Part shown: in pieces, positions 15,579-25,128 of the stretch
How the letters are laid out: each line of letters opens with the position of its first letter
How positions within the stretch are numbered: the first letter of the stretch is position 1
DNA from: a virus
Lineage: Duplodnaviria > Caudoviricetes
Direction: 5' to 3' (one strand)
DNA length: 31,814 bases
Virus record (IMG/VR): IMGVR_UViG_3300020045_001707
Coordinates: 1-31,814 of that record
The notes under the pieces: model-generated
Databases searched by the model: none
The model's input: the letters and a program-made list of their open reading frames with translations, nothing else
What the model was told of the DNA's origin: nothing
Position numbers and translations under genes: made by a program

Positions 15579-15967
15579 TCAGTTTTCAACCTATAGAATT
15601 TAACATCGCCAAATGTCCGGCGCATGATTTTTAGCGAAGTCACCCGCGTCGATCCTACGTTGTTTGGGCTTCCATGCGCGTGCAGCACGAGGTTATGCCC
15701 GATATAAAGGCCAACATGCGAAGGCTCATTATCCACGAATGAAATAAATGCTCCGTCCGTTTCTGCTTCTGAAACTTCACCCCATTGGTGCGCTATCTCT
15801 ACCAACCCCTCACCTAGACTTTTTTTAGGAACATCAGGCAAACTAATACCAAGCACTTCTCGATAGTATAAAACTATCAGACCGTAGCAATCACAGCCAC
15901 CCCAATCTGAGCCCCAGCGCACCCACGGCATACCGACAGCTTTAGTGATGAATTCGTTTTTCGTCAT
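15569..15967 (-). CDS. Tail tip assembly NlpC/P60 protein (lambda K-like)
   Basis: VGMPWVRWG..GCDCYGL and SHVGLYIG..LHA motifs. Confidence 0.85.
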   Translation of the reverse strand: MTKNEFITKAVGMPWVRWGSDWGGCDCYGLIVLYYREVLGISLPDVPKKSLGEGLVEIAHQWGEVSEAETDGAFISFVDNEPSHVGLYIGHNLVLHAHGSPNNVGSTRVTSLKIMRRTFGDVKFYRLKTECL

Positions 15968-16446
15968 ATCTGTATCAGCCCTGTGAATTCCTCTGCGGTA
16001 TACGTTACAGAAACGTCACGCCGGATTGAATTGTCATCGGTGGCTTTGACTTGCACCGATTCATTGCCAAACGTCACGCCCGCATTGTCCGACAGGTACA
16101 AATCGTGCGACTCAATCGGCACGCTCAGGTCGCTACCGATCCACTTTGAAAAATTAACGTCAACTGGAATTTGTTGCCCAGCTAATGAAATACTCATTAA
16201 CGCGTTTTTGAAATCTCGGCCGACCACAATTCGCGGGAACGAAACGGAAAGCTGCGGCTCACTTGTGCGGCTCTCCTCTGGCGGATTAATCGACATTTGG
16301 CACGGCGTATATACATTGCCTTGCAGCGTAATTTCTGTAAATTGATTTGCCGCCAGCCGGATAACGCCAAAATCAGGATGCGAAAATGTAACCGTCCAAT
16401 ATTCAGGTAGCGATTTTTTCTGAGTCCAGAACTGTTCTTTGGTCAT
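15964..16446 (-). CDS. Minor tail protein (DUF1833/L-like position)
   Basis: TVTFSHPDFG..RL and YTAEEFTGL motifs; start MTKEQ at 16446 in an ATGA overlap. Confidence 0.75.
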   Translation of the reverse strand: MTKEQFWTQKKSLPEYWTVTFSHPDFGVIRLAANQFTEITLQGNVYTPCQMSINPPEESRTSEPQLSVSFPRIVVGRDFKNALMSISLAGQQIPVDVNFSKWIGSDLSVPIESHDLYLSDNAGVTFGNESVQVKATDDNSIRRDVSVTYTAEEFTGLIQI

Positions 16447-16922
16447 GCTAGCGGCCACGCTTCATTAATGGTTTGATCCAGAAAATTAGCCCACATTTCC
16501 CAATCCTCAAGGCCAACAATCATATCGGCGGCAAGGCTAAAATCAGGCGGCGTAATCAGCGAGCGAGCCATAATCTTGGCTGTATACGTGAATATCTCGC
16601 CCTCTTCGCTAACCGGCATCAATCCTTCCGCCAAAAAATTGCATTCGTAATCTACTAATCCAAACTCAGTTTTAATCGGTAGAATAAATTTATTTTTACC
16701 CTCATTCAAAAATTGAGGCTGAGTAAACCAAAGCCAAAAACGAACTCGGTCGCTACGACTAAATTTAAATGTAGCGTCCCACACCACAGGAATATCGGTG
16801 CCAATTTCTTGGAAGTACGGCGATCCACGTCGCGGGTCAGTCTGCGTAAAGCTAGCGGGACGGCTACGAGACTTCCCACTAGTGATAATCGTGCCAAGCC
16901 CAAGAGGGTATGCAATAGCCAT
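16443..16922 (-). CDS. Distal tail protein (Dit-like)
   Basis: Directly after the tape measure (TAATG overlap, start MAIAYP); F..WF....L..G...F..PIKTEFG pattern. Confidence 0.75.
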   Translation of the reverse strand: MAIAYPLGLGTIITSGKSRSRPASFTQTDPRRGSPYFQEIGTDIPVVWDATFKFSRSDRVRFWLWFTQPQFLNEGKNKFILPIKTEFGLVDYECNFLAEGLMPVSEEGEIFTYTAKIMARSLITPPDFSLAADMIVGLEDWEMWANFLDQTINEAWPLA

Positions 16923-19447
16923 TAAACGGTTCTCCCTTGGATATTTGATCCTGCCTTGGCCGCGCTCCAAACATCACCCTGATTCTGTCTGAATTGTCCA
17001 GCCACTTCTGCTACAGCTTGTTTTACTGCAATCGCAATTATTTTACCATCTGGAGAAGCGGTAGCAGAAACATCAGCAGCAGAGAATGTATTAGTAATAT
17101 TAATTTGAACCGCACCACCGCCGCCAAGCTGATTTGTCGGTACTACCTTCCCATTTTCTGGTGGAATGAAATAATTTTTACCAGAATTCCCCATCAGCAT
17201 TTCTGCGCCAACTTCACCACCACGGTAAAACTTGTCTGTTGACACTCCGCCACCGTACTGCCGACCGCCGCCGTAATTCATGCTGGATATGCTGGAAATA
17301 ACGCCGCCCATTGCTGAACCAACAGCAGCATAATCTGCAAACTTTTTCTCTGGGCTAATAGAAGCTGGATTAGCCATAACTTGTGAAATAGCGCTCCATA
17401 AATTAACCCCTGCATTAGCCAATGCAAATGCCTTAGACGCTGCAAACATTGTTTTGTAAATTCCAGACTGCTTCCCAGCGTACTGCTCCGCTAGCCCTGC
17501 TAATTGGTCAAATCCGCTTGCCGCACTACTCAAAATAAGCATGTCATTTGCAAGCGCATCATCAGTCTGTTTTGTTCGAATATTATTTATTTTGTCCTGA
17601 TATTCAAGCTCAGCGTTGATTTTAGCCAAGTTGTACGCGTCTTGGTTTTCAAGGTCTAGCGCCTGAGCAGCCTCAATCACAGCAAGCTTTGCACCCCACT
17701 CCTCAGCGGCAATTAGCTCAGGCGACTTTTGCGATTCAGCAACTTGCTTGGCAGTTTCCTGACCTTTCTTAATTATTTCCTCGTTAGCTTTTTGCTCTTT
17801 CTCTGCAATTTTCTCAGCAGCATCAGCGCGCAGCTCGTCTTCGTCGTTCATCTTTTTTATGGCGGCAAGATGCTCTTTATTGACTCGATCCCATTCTTTT
17901 TGCTTTTCTTTCGCAGGGTCTTTGCCTTTTTTGCCTTTTGCTGGCTTGTATTTTTCTTCGATCTCAGCTAGTGCTTGGTAGTATGCCGCAGTGCCTTTAA
18001 TGCCAAGCTTTTCAGCCTCAGCGTTTAATGCTGCAATTGCATTTAGCTTCTTTTGCTCTTTGCTGACATGTGCCGCATTGAATTTATCAATAGAATCAGC
18101 CCTATTTTTTGCTTGTTTATTTAGTGCCGCAACACTGCCACCAGTAGCGCCTACATTTTCGCCTGATGGGGATAGAGTTCCGCCCGCCCCTGTTGCCTTC
18201 ATAAAGGCGTTTACTTTTTTGGTAATTGACTCCAGCTCACTATTTGCAGTCCTCAATACATTTGGGTCAAATGCCATTCTTGCAGCATCAACCTTTGCAA
18301 CGGCTTTAGCTTGGTCTGCAAGTAATTTATTCATGTTTTCGGTATCACTTAACCGTTTGCCATTAAATAAATTAATAGCAGCGCCAACTTGAGGCACGTA
18401 CTTCATTGCCTCTTTCCATCCTGCAAAAATTTGCTTACCAGCACCTCCGCCCTCATCTTTGGCACGTTTAATCGCCATGGTGAAGCCATCCATGCTTTGC
18501 GTTGCTGCATCCATTATGCTTTTAATCAGCGTGGCGAACCCAGACCCTGCGATGGTTTTCTTTAGCTCAAGCCAAGAATTGCCCATTCGGTTTGTCGCCG
18601 CCTGCATGCCATCAGCAGCTTCATTTGCTGCGTCGGCAGTTGTAACTTTTAAAGCTACTGCGAATTTTTCAAGCTCAGGTATTCCTACCTTCCCTTCCTC
18701 GATTAACTTGGAAAGCTCTGCCGTAGTAACGCCCAACGCCTTAGCCATTACCGCGCTTGCAATAGGTATTGACTCAGATAGCTGGCCTTTCCATTCTTCG
18801 GCCATCACGACGCCCTTACTCATCATCTGAGTGAGTGCGGTATATGCGCGCTCGGATTCTTGCGCCGATAAGCCAAGCGCCGTTGCTGACTGAGAAATAC
18901 CCTCAAAGATAGTGCGGACTACCGCGCCCTCAGTGCCGGACGCTTTCGCTGCCGCGCTGAATTTTGCAAAGTTCTGCGCTGATGACTCAAAGTCTAACCC
19001 GAGGCGTTGCGTTACCTCGCGTAAATACACCATGTCGTCAGCAATGCCAGCGATATTGCCATCATTGGAAAAGTAAAGCGTGTTGCGTAACTTCTCCGCG
19101 CTGATTTGTGCTTGGCGTAACCCGTCACCAATCATGAATATTGAGCCAGCTAGTGCCGTCAACTGGAAGCCGCCAGCCATAGCCGATAGTGCGCTATCAG
19201 TCTTTTGAATATTGTTTGTAATATTCGTAATATTGTTGTTTGTGGTGTTCAGCGTTTTATTGAAGTTACGCACGCTGTTGTCAGTCTTTTTAACTGAATT
19301 GTCGTAATTGTTTGTGGAATTTGAGACGTTGTTAATCGTCTGAGCAACTTTATTTACGGCGGCATCAACCTTCCTCTGCCCATCGATCATTTTCGACGTA
19401 TCAAGCGTTACCTCATACGATACGCCGCCAACGTTTTCAGTTGCCAT
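16922..19447 (-). CDS. Tail tape measure protein (841 aa)
   Basis: ENVGGVSYEV N-terminus; ALTQMMSKGVVMAEEW..QL tape-measure domain; Ala-rich helices; GGRQYGGGV...YRGGEVGAE C-terminus. Confidence 0.92.
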   Translation of the reverse strand: MATENVGGVSYEVTLDTSKMIDGQRKVDAAVNKVAQTINNVSNSTNNYDNSVKKTDNSVRNFNKTLNTTNNNITNITNNIQKTDSALSAMAGGFQLTALAGSIFMIGDGLRQAQISAEKLRNTLYFSNDGNIAGIADDMVYLREVTQRLGLDFESSAQNFAKFSAAAKASGTEGAVVRTIFEGISQSATALGLSAQESERAYTALTQMMSKGVVMAEEWKGQLSESIPIASAVMAKALGVTTAELSKLIEEGKVGIPELEKFAVALKVTTADAANEAADGMQAATNRMGNSWLELKKTIAGSGFATLIKSIMDAATQSMDGFTMAIKRAKDEGGGAGKQIFAGWKEAMKYVPQVGAAINLFNGKRLSDTENMNKLLADQAKAVAKVDAARMAFDPNVLRTANSELESITKKVNAFMKATGAGGTLSPSGENVGATGGSVAALNKQAKNRADSIDKFNAAHVSKEQKKLNAIAALNAEAEKLGIKGTAAYYQALAEIEEKYKPAKGKKGKDPAKEKQKEWDRVNKEHLAAIKKMNDEDELRADAAEKIAEKEQKANEEIIKKGQETAKQVAESQKSPELIAAEEWGAKLAVIEAAQALDLENQDAYNLAKINAELEYQDKINNIRTKQTDDALANDMLILSSAASGFDQLAGLAEQYAGKQSGIYKTMFAASKAFALANAGVNLWSAISQVMANPASISPEKKFADYAAVGSAMGGVISSISSMNYGGGRQYGGGVSTDKFYRGGEVGAEMLMGNSGKNYFIPPENGKVVPTNQLGGGGAVQINITNTFSAADVSATASPDGKIIAIAVKQAVAEVAGQFRQNQGDVWSAAKAGSNIQGRTV

Positions 19448-20033
19448 TTTGTGCCTTTGCTTTTTCTAGTCGAATTGCGCGGAGTTTTTCGTAGTCGGCC
19501 ACAATATCATCGTACTTTTCAGGGGTTATCTCGCGCTTGGCCTGCTCTTTGATCTGCGGGAATTTCATGTCAAGCATCCGGCAAAACTGCGTCATCGTCA
19601 GCGCCCACGCCTCGACTTGACTAAGTCCAAAGTGGATTACCGCAGAATCAACATATTCAGAGGCATCAAAGCGCGGCGAGTATTGACCTGTTGACTCTTT
19701 AGCTGTTGCCAGCCCTACAATGCCGTGCTGCATCAAGTGCCGGGCGATAATCATCATTTCAGTAATCGGCATTTCACCGCCAACACGCGCCAAATCATTA
19801 TCGAGATAGCCGATTAATTGCTCGGGCTCATCATCGCAGCAGCAATTCATTACCAGCATGGCCGTGCGTACAGCCGTCTTCGCAGATAAGCTATAAAGGT
19901 GCGAATAGGCCTCAACAATATCCTCTGGCGATCCTATGCGGTCGATATGCGAGAACGATGGCGAGAACTGATAAGCAATGCCGTTGCTTGTCGCTCTCAC
20001 ATGGCCATGCTCTGCTGATAGATGGCTTTTCAT
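19437..20033 (-). CDS. Tail assembly chaperone-like protein (DUF6246-like)
   Basis: FSPSF..I.RIGSPEDIV, ARHLMQHGIVG, FDASEYV..A..HFGLS..EAWALTMT.F motifs; directly upstream of the tape measure. Confidence 0.7.
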   Translation of the reverse strand: MKSHLSAEHGHVRATSNGIAYQFSPSFSHIDRIGSPEDIVEAYSHLYSLSAKTAVRTAMLVMNCCCDDEPEQLIGYLDNDLARVGGEMPITEMMIIARHLMQHGIVGLATAKESTGQYSPRFDASEYVDSAVIHFGLSQVEAWALTMTQFCRMLDMKFPQIKEQAKREITPEKYDDIVADYEKLRAIRLEKAKAQNGN

Positions 20034-20087
20034 AGTTTTAGATTATAGCCTTTTCTTGCTTCATAGTTATATAAAATAGGCAAAGCC

Positions 20088-20116
20088 TTTACATGAAAAC
20101 ATCGTTGCTTTACATT
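20088..20116 (+). promoter_or_regulatory. Sigma70 promoter of the tail-region moron
   Basis: TTTACA-17 bp-TACATT upstream of an AAGGA RBS. Confidence 0.55.
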
Positions 20117-20145
20117 TAATCAACAACAAAATCAAAGGATTAATT

Positions 20146-20400
20146 ATGCAACACGATGAATTTACAAAAATTATGAAAGAAAAATCTGATAGCTTGTTTG
20201 CACTGCTTGATGAAATTAAAACTGCGTATAACAATCAAGATGCAACCCTTTCAGAGTACGGTAGCGATCATGATAAAACTGAAAAATTTGTATTTTCGAT
20301 GGACTCATACCCTAAAGCACTTATTCATGAAAATATTCAATTTGAGATAACAATTAAAGGCATCAAAAAAACCACAGATTTCACTGATTGCCTAAAGTAA
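20146..20400 (+). CDS. AT-rich moron, hypothetical protein (84 aa)
   Basis: Opposite strand to the tail operon; own promoter and RBS; ends at a hairpin. Confidence 0.75.
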   Translation: MQHDEFTKIMKEKSDSLFALLDEIKTAYNNQDATLSEYGSDHDKTEKFVFSMDSYPKALIHENIQFEITIKGIKKTTDFTDCLK

Positions 20401-20421
20401 AAAAGCCCACCTAAGTGGGCT
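20399..20421 (-). terminator. Intrinsic terminator after the tail tube and accessory gene
   Basis: AGCCCAC-CTAA-GTGGGCT with a T6 tract on the minus strand. Confidence 0.8.
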
Positions 20422-20432
20422 AAGCTGATTTA

Positions 20433-20780
20433 TTAGCCTTCTGTGATCCAAGCTGTCAGCCCAGATGCGCCCGTGCAATTCACCGTGCCTTGCATAAACG
20501 CGCTAATCGATTGCAAGTTGACAAGAATAAGCGCACCAGCCGCCACAAAGATTGACTTTCCTGTTGACACGTCAACAGTGCCACCAAACGTCGGTGGCGA
20601 GATTGTCGTGCCTGCGCTGCCGTCAATATTCAGCGTCAAACTACCCGCTGTTGTGTTGTGCAAGTACAAATCTTGCGTGACTGTCTGCTTGTAAACAAGC
20701 GTATCAGCCGCGCCAAGAACCGTTTTATTTAGCGTAGTCGGCACTGTGACGCGACGCGCATTTGCTGCAATAACTGCCAT
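20433..20780 (-). CDS. Putative tail-associated structural protein (115 aa)
   Basis: T/G/A-rich beta-type ORF immediately after the tail tube, before the terminator. Confidence 0.7.
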   Translation of the reverse strand: MAVIAANARRVTVPTTLNKTVLGAADTLVYKQTVTQDLYLHNTTAGSLTLNIDGSAGTTISPPTFGGTVDVSTGKSIFVAAGALILVNLQSISAFMQGTVNCTGASGLTAWITEG

Positions 20781-20791
20781 GATTTAGCCCC

Positions 20792-21277
20792 TTATACCGT
20801 ATCAGTGATAACCACGCCGAAATCGCTTTCTGTGGCTGTGAGTGAAATGTTGAATGTGGTCATATCGCTATCCGGCGCAGAGCGTGACATGTCAGTAATC
20901 ACGCAATAAGCTACCACGGTAATATCTGGATAGGTCACTCGCACCCAAACCGAAGGCTGGCGAGCGTTACGGATTTCTTCTGCGTAATACTTGAACAATG
21001 CAGAATTTTTCTCGTCGGCCTTGTCTGCTTTGCGGCATTTGCCGTCAAGCGTCACCTCGAAATTCATGTAAGTGACGAATGTCGCTTTCACGCCACCAGT
21101 GGTGCGGTCTGTAGTACCGTCCACAGTCTCAGCGCCCAACTTAATATCTTTCGTATTGCACGCACCAGCGAAACCATAATCGATTTCAGCAGGCAATGCA
21201 TCGGGACATCCGAAAGCAATTTCTAGCGTTACACCGCGACCGATGTAATGCTCATTGGCATTGACACATAAAGCCAT
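20792..21277 (-). CDS. Major tail tube protein
   Basis: YIGRGVTLEIAFGCPD, RQPSVWVRVT and ITDMSRSAPDSD..TF motifs; position after the tail terminator; strong RBS. Confidence 0.85.
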   Translation of the reverse strand: MALCVNANEHYIGRGVTLEIAFGCPDALPAEIDYGFAGACNTKDIKLGAETVDGTTDRTTGGVKATFVTYMNFEVTLDGKCRKADKADEKNSALFKYYAEEIRNARQPSVWVRVTYPDITVVAYCVITDMSRSAPDSDMTTFNISLTATESDFGVVITDTV

Positions 21278-21330
21278 TTTAAACCCCTTTAGCTATTAGC
21301 TATTGTTAGAGCTTGCATTATAGCCTTAAG

Positions 21331-21705
21331 CTATTCTGTTAGGCTCATGATAAACGCAATGTCCAATTCTGCAACTGGTCGGCCATCACTCGTTTGATAC
21401 GTCATCGGCTCGGCAGGGTTCATATATGGAACGCCACAAGTCGAAAACTCAACTTTCATTTTTTCTACTACGCTATCAAGCAAGTCGTAGATTTCAGCCA
21501 TATTCTGACCAACCGAACCGATCACCGTTACACTAAGCTGCGGTCGGCGAACTAATTCAGCCGAAACGCCGCCAGTGTTTTTAATCACAACGTATTTATC
21601 TTGCGCGTTGCTGCCAGCTTTCCACACGCCAAACTGAATTCGATAGCCAGCAGGAAAAATATCGTGATCCTCAAACCAAATGCGCAACTTATCTGCAATA
21701 TTCAT
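21331..21705 (-). CDS. Tail terminator protein
   Basis: Size, position and C-terminal TSDGRPVAEL motif. Confidence 0.7.
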   Translation of the reverse strand: MNIADKLRIWFEDHDIFPAGYRIQFGVWKAGSNAQDKYVVIKNTGGVSAELVRRPQLSVTVIGSVGQNMAEIYDLLDSVVEKMKVEFSTCGVPYMNPAEPMTYQTSDGRPVAELDIAFIMSLTE

Positions 21706-22103
21706 ACTTTCATCGCCTGCTTGATTACCCTGTCAATCAATGGCCTTGCACGCTCAGCGCCTTTAAGCAAAAACTCTTTCTCAGCGCTGTCACGGACAAA
21801 AACCTGCTTTACTGCTGGGTCGTGAACATATCCGGCATAGTCTGCGTCATAACCGATCACGCCTTTAATCTTTGCGCCTTCCTTGCTAACGCCTCGATAC
21901 TGCGAGTTGAGTAATTTACTTGTGTGAATCGGCGTTAAATAGCTGGCCTCGGTGGCTATCAATATCGTGCATTTAATCATCGTGGCAGCGGCTTTGATCT
22001 CTTGCTTCGTGATGAATTGCGCAAGGTTATTCCTGACCTCAGCGCCGCCTTTCTTAGTGAACTCGCCAAACTTCTGATTAATATCGCTTTGCGTAGCCAT
22101 CAC
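21702..22103 (-). CDS. Neck/tail completion protein (HK97 gp10-like)
   Basis: TPIHTSKLLNSQYR...GYDADYAGYVHD...AEKEFL..G motif. Confidence 0.75.
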   Translation of the reverse strand: MMATQSDINQKFGEFTKKGGAEVRNNLAQFITKQEIKAAATMIKCTILIATEASYLTPIHTSKLLNSQYRGVSKEGAKIKGVIGYDADYAGYVHDPAVKQVFVRDSAEKEFLLKGAERARPLIDRVIKQAMKV

Positions 22104-22441
22104 GTCACCAACATGAAATCTTCAAGCCCAGCCTCAAGCGTATCGGCATATCGCAGCACCAGCCGAGCCTCTTGCGCATTGGCGATTAGCGGGTCAACTT
22201 CTGTGCTGTTACCGATCAGCAACATATCGCCTTCTTTCGCAAGCGCGTACTCGGTGTAAATCGTTTGCTTCGACACAAAGTCATTGCCGCCAGCCGATAC
22301 CATCTTTTTCGACTCTGCCGAATAGTCACCTTTGAATACGACCGGAGCGCCCCATGAAGTAACGCCAGTCCAATCATCAATACCAAGATTCGGCCAAATC
22401 GTTATGTCAAACTTATAAGACCATTTCGCAGCGTTACTCAT
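22100..22441 (-). CDS. Head closure / head-tail joining protein
   Basis: MSNAAKWSY...TIW...DDW pattern; position. Confidence 0.7.
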   Translation of the reverse strand: MSNAAKWSYKFDITIWPNLGIDDWTGVTSWGAPVVFKGDYSAESKKMVSAGGNDFVSKQTIYTEYALAKEGDMLLIGNSTEVDPLIANAQEARLVLRYADTLEAGLEDFMLVT

Positions 22442-22809
22442 CAGCAACCACCAATCACGCGAAAGAAGCTGTTGTTTGCCGGATCAGCGCCGATTAAATC
22501 AGTCGTGCAGCCGAAGGTGTCAATCCCCTTTAGATTGCGGCGCAACAATGTGAAATCTAAAGTTCCATATTCAAACGATTGCGAAGCGCCGGATGGCGCG
22601 CCCTGCGACTTGACGCGGCGAGTGCTTGTATTGCCCGCCAAGATTGCGCCAGCGTACGCATAGATCAATACAGCTGTGCATGGGTCGTAATTCGCATCAA
22701 TGCACGGCGCAATCGTTGCAAGTTGGCATACAATCGCATCCACGACAAAGCTGGGCAAGCTAACGCCATACTGTGCTAAGAACTCGTTTAATTGATCTGC
22801 TGTAATCAT
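22441..22809 (-). CDS. Head-tail adaptor protein
   Basis: RRVKSQGAPSGASQSFEY and D..GC motifs; position. Confidence 0.75.
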   Translation of the reverse strand: MITADQLNEFLAQYGVSLPSFVVDAIVCQLATIAPCIDANYDPCTAVLIYAYAGAILAGNTSTRRVKSQGAPSGASQSFEYGTLDFTLLRRNLKGIDTFGCTTDLIGADPANNSFFRVIGGC

Positions 22810-23360
22810 TTTGGCAAGTCCGTATTGCCCTCATACCACGTCAAATATGCCGCGATATTTTTGGCTGATGTATCTTTGTTTGTAACACGAAGCATATATG
22901 TGGTATTTGGCGCAAGTAATCGCTCTGATCCGGCCAATTGAAATGTACTAATCACGGAATTCCCCTGCCCCTCTGACCCGTATGCGAATGTCGGCGCGCC
23001 AAATTCTGTACCAACAGCCGAAATAGTCGCTCCGCTTCGAATTACAACAGTTCCAGCTACTGGATTGCGATCGTTTAGATTAAAATAAGGTACTACCGAC
23101 CCACCGCTAAATGTAGGCGATCGGTAAACTCGCGCCTCAACTTTTATCCCGTTAAATGAGATTTGTCGCGCTTTTACTAAAACAGGAACATTACCAGTAG
23201 TAAATAAAGTATCAACATTCCCATTTGCAAGAACTGCCAACGCCTCAAGCGCCAATTCATACTGCACGCCATTTTTTACATTAGCCTCAACGTAGCTTTG
23301 CGTAGTCATTGCGCGGATGCCAGAAAACAAGCCGTTAGGAAACCATTTGCTCGGGTACAT
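22806..23360 (-). CDS. Hypothetical structural-region protein
   Basis: Start MYPSK at 23360 (GGAG RBS, TGATG overlap); beta-rich; ends LAPNTTYMLRVTN...LTWYEG. Confidence 0.75.
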   Translation of the reverse strand: MYPSKWFPNGLFSGIRAMTTQSYVEANVKNGVQYELALEALAVLANGNVDTLFTTGNVPVLVKARQISFNGIKVEARVYRSPTFSGGSVVPYFNLNDRNPVAGTVVIRSGATISAVGTEFGAPTFAYGSEGQGNSVISTFQLAGSERLLAPNTTYMLRVTNKDTSAKNIAAYLTWYEGNTDLPK

Positions 23361-23725
23361 CAGACTCTCCACATGTGTGCGCGCATATACGCAGCTCCAG
23401 CAATACCAGAAAGAGTAACTCGCGCTTTCACGGCCTCTCCCTCAAAAACAATAGGGTCATAATTGCTATTTGGTGATCCACAATCAATGGCATTGATCGT
23501 AACCTCACCATTTGCAATGTAGTTTCTCCCCATCGGAGAGCAATTTACTTTGAGCGTTCCTGCCGTCGGTGAGACCGGAACATTCCCCGCTGCATCACTG
23601 AAAAACTCAACATAAAAATGGCCGATAACGTGGTCTTGTCGCATCAATTCAGTAAAGAAATCACCGTCAGCAACAGGAATAACCGAGCCATTCTGCGCGT
23701 TTTTGAAATCGTATGTCTGTGCCAT
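23360..23725 (-). CDS. Hypothetical structural-region protein (121 aa)
   Basis: ORF with AAGGG RBS, coupled to the next gene. Confidence 0.75.
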   Translation of the reverse strand: MAQTYDFKNAQNGSVIPVADGDFFTELMRQDHVIGHFYVEFFSDAAGNVPVSPTAGTLKVNCSPMGRNYIANGEVTINAIDCGSPNSNYDPIVFEGEAVKARVTLSGIAGAAYMRAHMWRV

Positions 23726-23750
23726 TTTATGCGCCCTTAATTAGATTTTG

Positions 23751-23774
23751 AAAGCCAGCGGGTTAGCACTGGCG
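23751..23774 (-). terminator. Possible weak terminator
   Basis: GCCAGTG-CTAACC-CGCTGGC-TTTC on the minus strand. Confidence 0.45.
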
Positions 23775-23795
23775 ATCAGAATAAAACTATTCAGC

Positions 23796-24002
23796 CTATT
23801 TTGATGCTTTAGTGGCTTTTTCTGGATCAGGTGTTGCTACTTCAAGCTGCTTTTCTGGCGCAGGTTCATCTTGTTCTTCTGCGCGATAGAACAACGCCGG
23901 ATCAACAGTCGATTCATCTTTGATGTTTACTGACGTTCCAGCTTTACGAATGACTTCACCGCCAATACCGTAAACGTTTGCTTTGTAAATGTACTTAGCC
24001 AT
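23796..24002 (-). CDS. Small hypothetical protein after the capsid gene
   Basis: GGAG RBS; LEVATP motif of small post-capsid proteins. Confidence 0.7.
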   Translation of the reverse strand: MAKYIYKANVYGIGGEVIRKAGTSVNIKDESTVDPALFYRAEEQDEPAPEKQLEVATPDPEKATKASK

Positions 24003-24013
24003 TATCTAACTCC

Positions 24014-24039
24014 AAAATGGGCGAGTCTCCCCGCCCGTT
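24014..24039 (-). terminator. Hairpin/terminator after the major capsid gene
   Basis: AACGGGCGGG-GAGA-CTCGCCCATTTT on the minus strand. Confidence 0.65.
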
Positions 24040-24044
24040 AGTTA

Positions 24045-25118
24045 TTACGGAATTGCCCGGGCATATACCCAAGCTTTGCGGCCTGCGGAGTCAGATTTAA
24101 TCAAGATACCAGCCGCCGACCAAGTTACAAAGTTATGCGCAGCCCAAGGCTGCATCCGTGGAATAGGCACTGTGTTTACTGCCATTCCAACAATCGGCTG
24201 AATGTACTGATCAGACAAAATACCAGCAATAAATTGATTGCCAGTTAGCAACGTTGAATCTGATGTGCGTTTAATTGAGGCGACGCCAGCGATCAGGCTT
24301 AATGCTTCGTGGAATGTGCGGAAAGCCCCGTCATTCGTTGTGCGTTTCAACAGGTTGAACCAGATTTGGTTTGACACGTAGAAAGTAACATTGCCTTCGG
24401 CGTTGTTTGTTCCTTGGATCAAAGTAAGCGCCGCAATGATTGCTTTTTCGGCATCTGCATAAGTGAGCGTTGATGAAGTTAAGTCAACGTTTACGCCAGA
24501 CGCGTCAAGATCAAGCGCTAAAGCCTTGGTTTTGATGCCGTCTGCTGTTGCACCTTTGTAATTGACGTTTGGCACACCGTTTACCATGTGACCAATAAGC
24601 AGTCTACGAACAGCACGAACTGAGTTTGCTTGATCGTCAACTAGCGCATCAAACCCCTCTGATTGCATTGCAGCAAACTCGCGGAAATCACGGCCAAATG
24701 CGTCTTCATGAATCAGAACCAGCCCACCCTCAAAATCATAAGTGGCTTTATCCATGTTTTTGGAGAAATTGCCACCGATTGAAGACTGACCATTGCCTGA
24801 GTCAGATACTCGGCGATACTCGGCGACGATTTTACCTAGGGACACAGCTCGCGCTAGTGGCATCAAATCGTTAAGAATCACACCGCCTTCATCACCCGTC
24901 ATTAGCTGCTTAGTTCGTGCGTCGATATCTCGGTACGCATCAGTTGGCAAACGCGCAGCTTGATTCAGCTTAAACTCATGCAGCAGAACATCACGCTCCA
25001 TCGGGTAAAGCATGTCGTTTTGCATTGCGGCGGCATTGCGGCGGCTAACTGCACCATTCCATTGCGATTGAAGCGCTTGAGATTTCTCTAACGCGCTATT
25101 AGTAAAAATGAAAGACAT
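24045..25118 (-). CDS. Major capsid protein
   Basis: 357 aa after protease and decoration genes; D.YR.ID, LNDLMPLARAVSLGK, SEGFDALVDDQ motifs; followed by a hairpin. Confidence 0.88.
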   Translation of the reverse strand: MSFIFTNSALEKSQALQSQWNGAVSRRNAAAMQNDMLYPMERDVLLHEFKLNQAARLPTDAYRDIDARTKQLMTGDEGGVILNDLMPLARAVSLGKIVAEYRRVSDSGNGQSSIGGNFSKNMDKATYDFEGGLVLIHEDAFGRDFREFAAMQSEGFDALVDDQANSVRAVRRLLIGHMVNGVPNVNYKGATADGIKTKALALDLDASGVNVDLTSSTLTYADAEKAIIAALTLIQGTNNAEGNVTFYVSNQIWFNLLKRTTNDGAFRTFHEALSLIAGVASIKRTSDSTLLTGNQFIAGILSDQYIQPIVGMAVNTVPIPRMQPWAAHNFVTWSAAGILIKSDSAGRKAWVYARAIP

Positions 25119-25128
25119 ATTGCGCCCC

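Noticed and set aside
19437-20792. Lambda G/GT-type programmed frameshift
   Set aside because: No pair of overlapping chaperone ORFs or clear slippery site; the genes are separated by a terminator and a moron
21290-21335. Short TAGCTAT/AGCTAT repeats upstream of the tail tube gene
   Set aside because: Too short and too few to separate from chance
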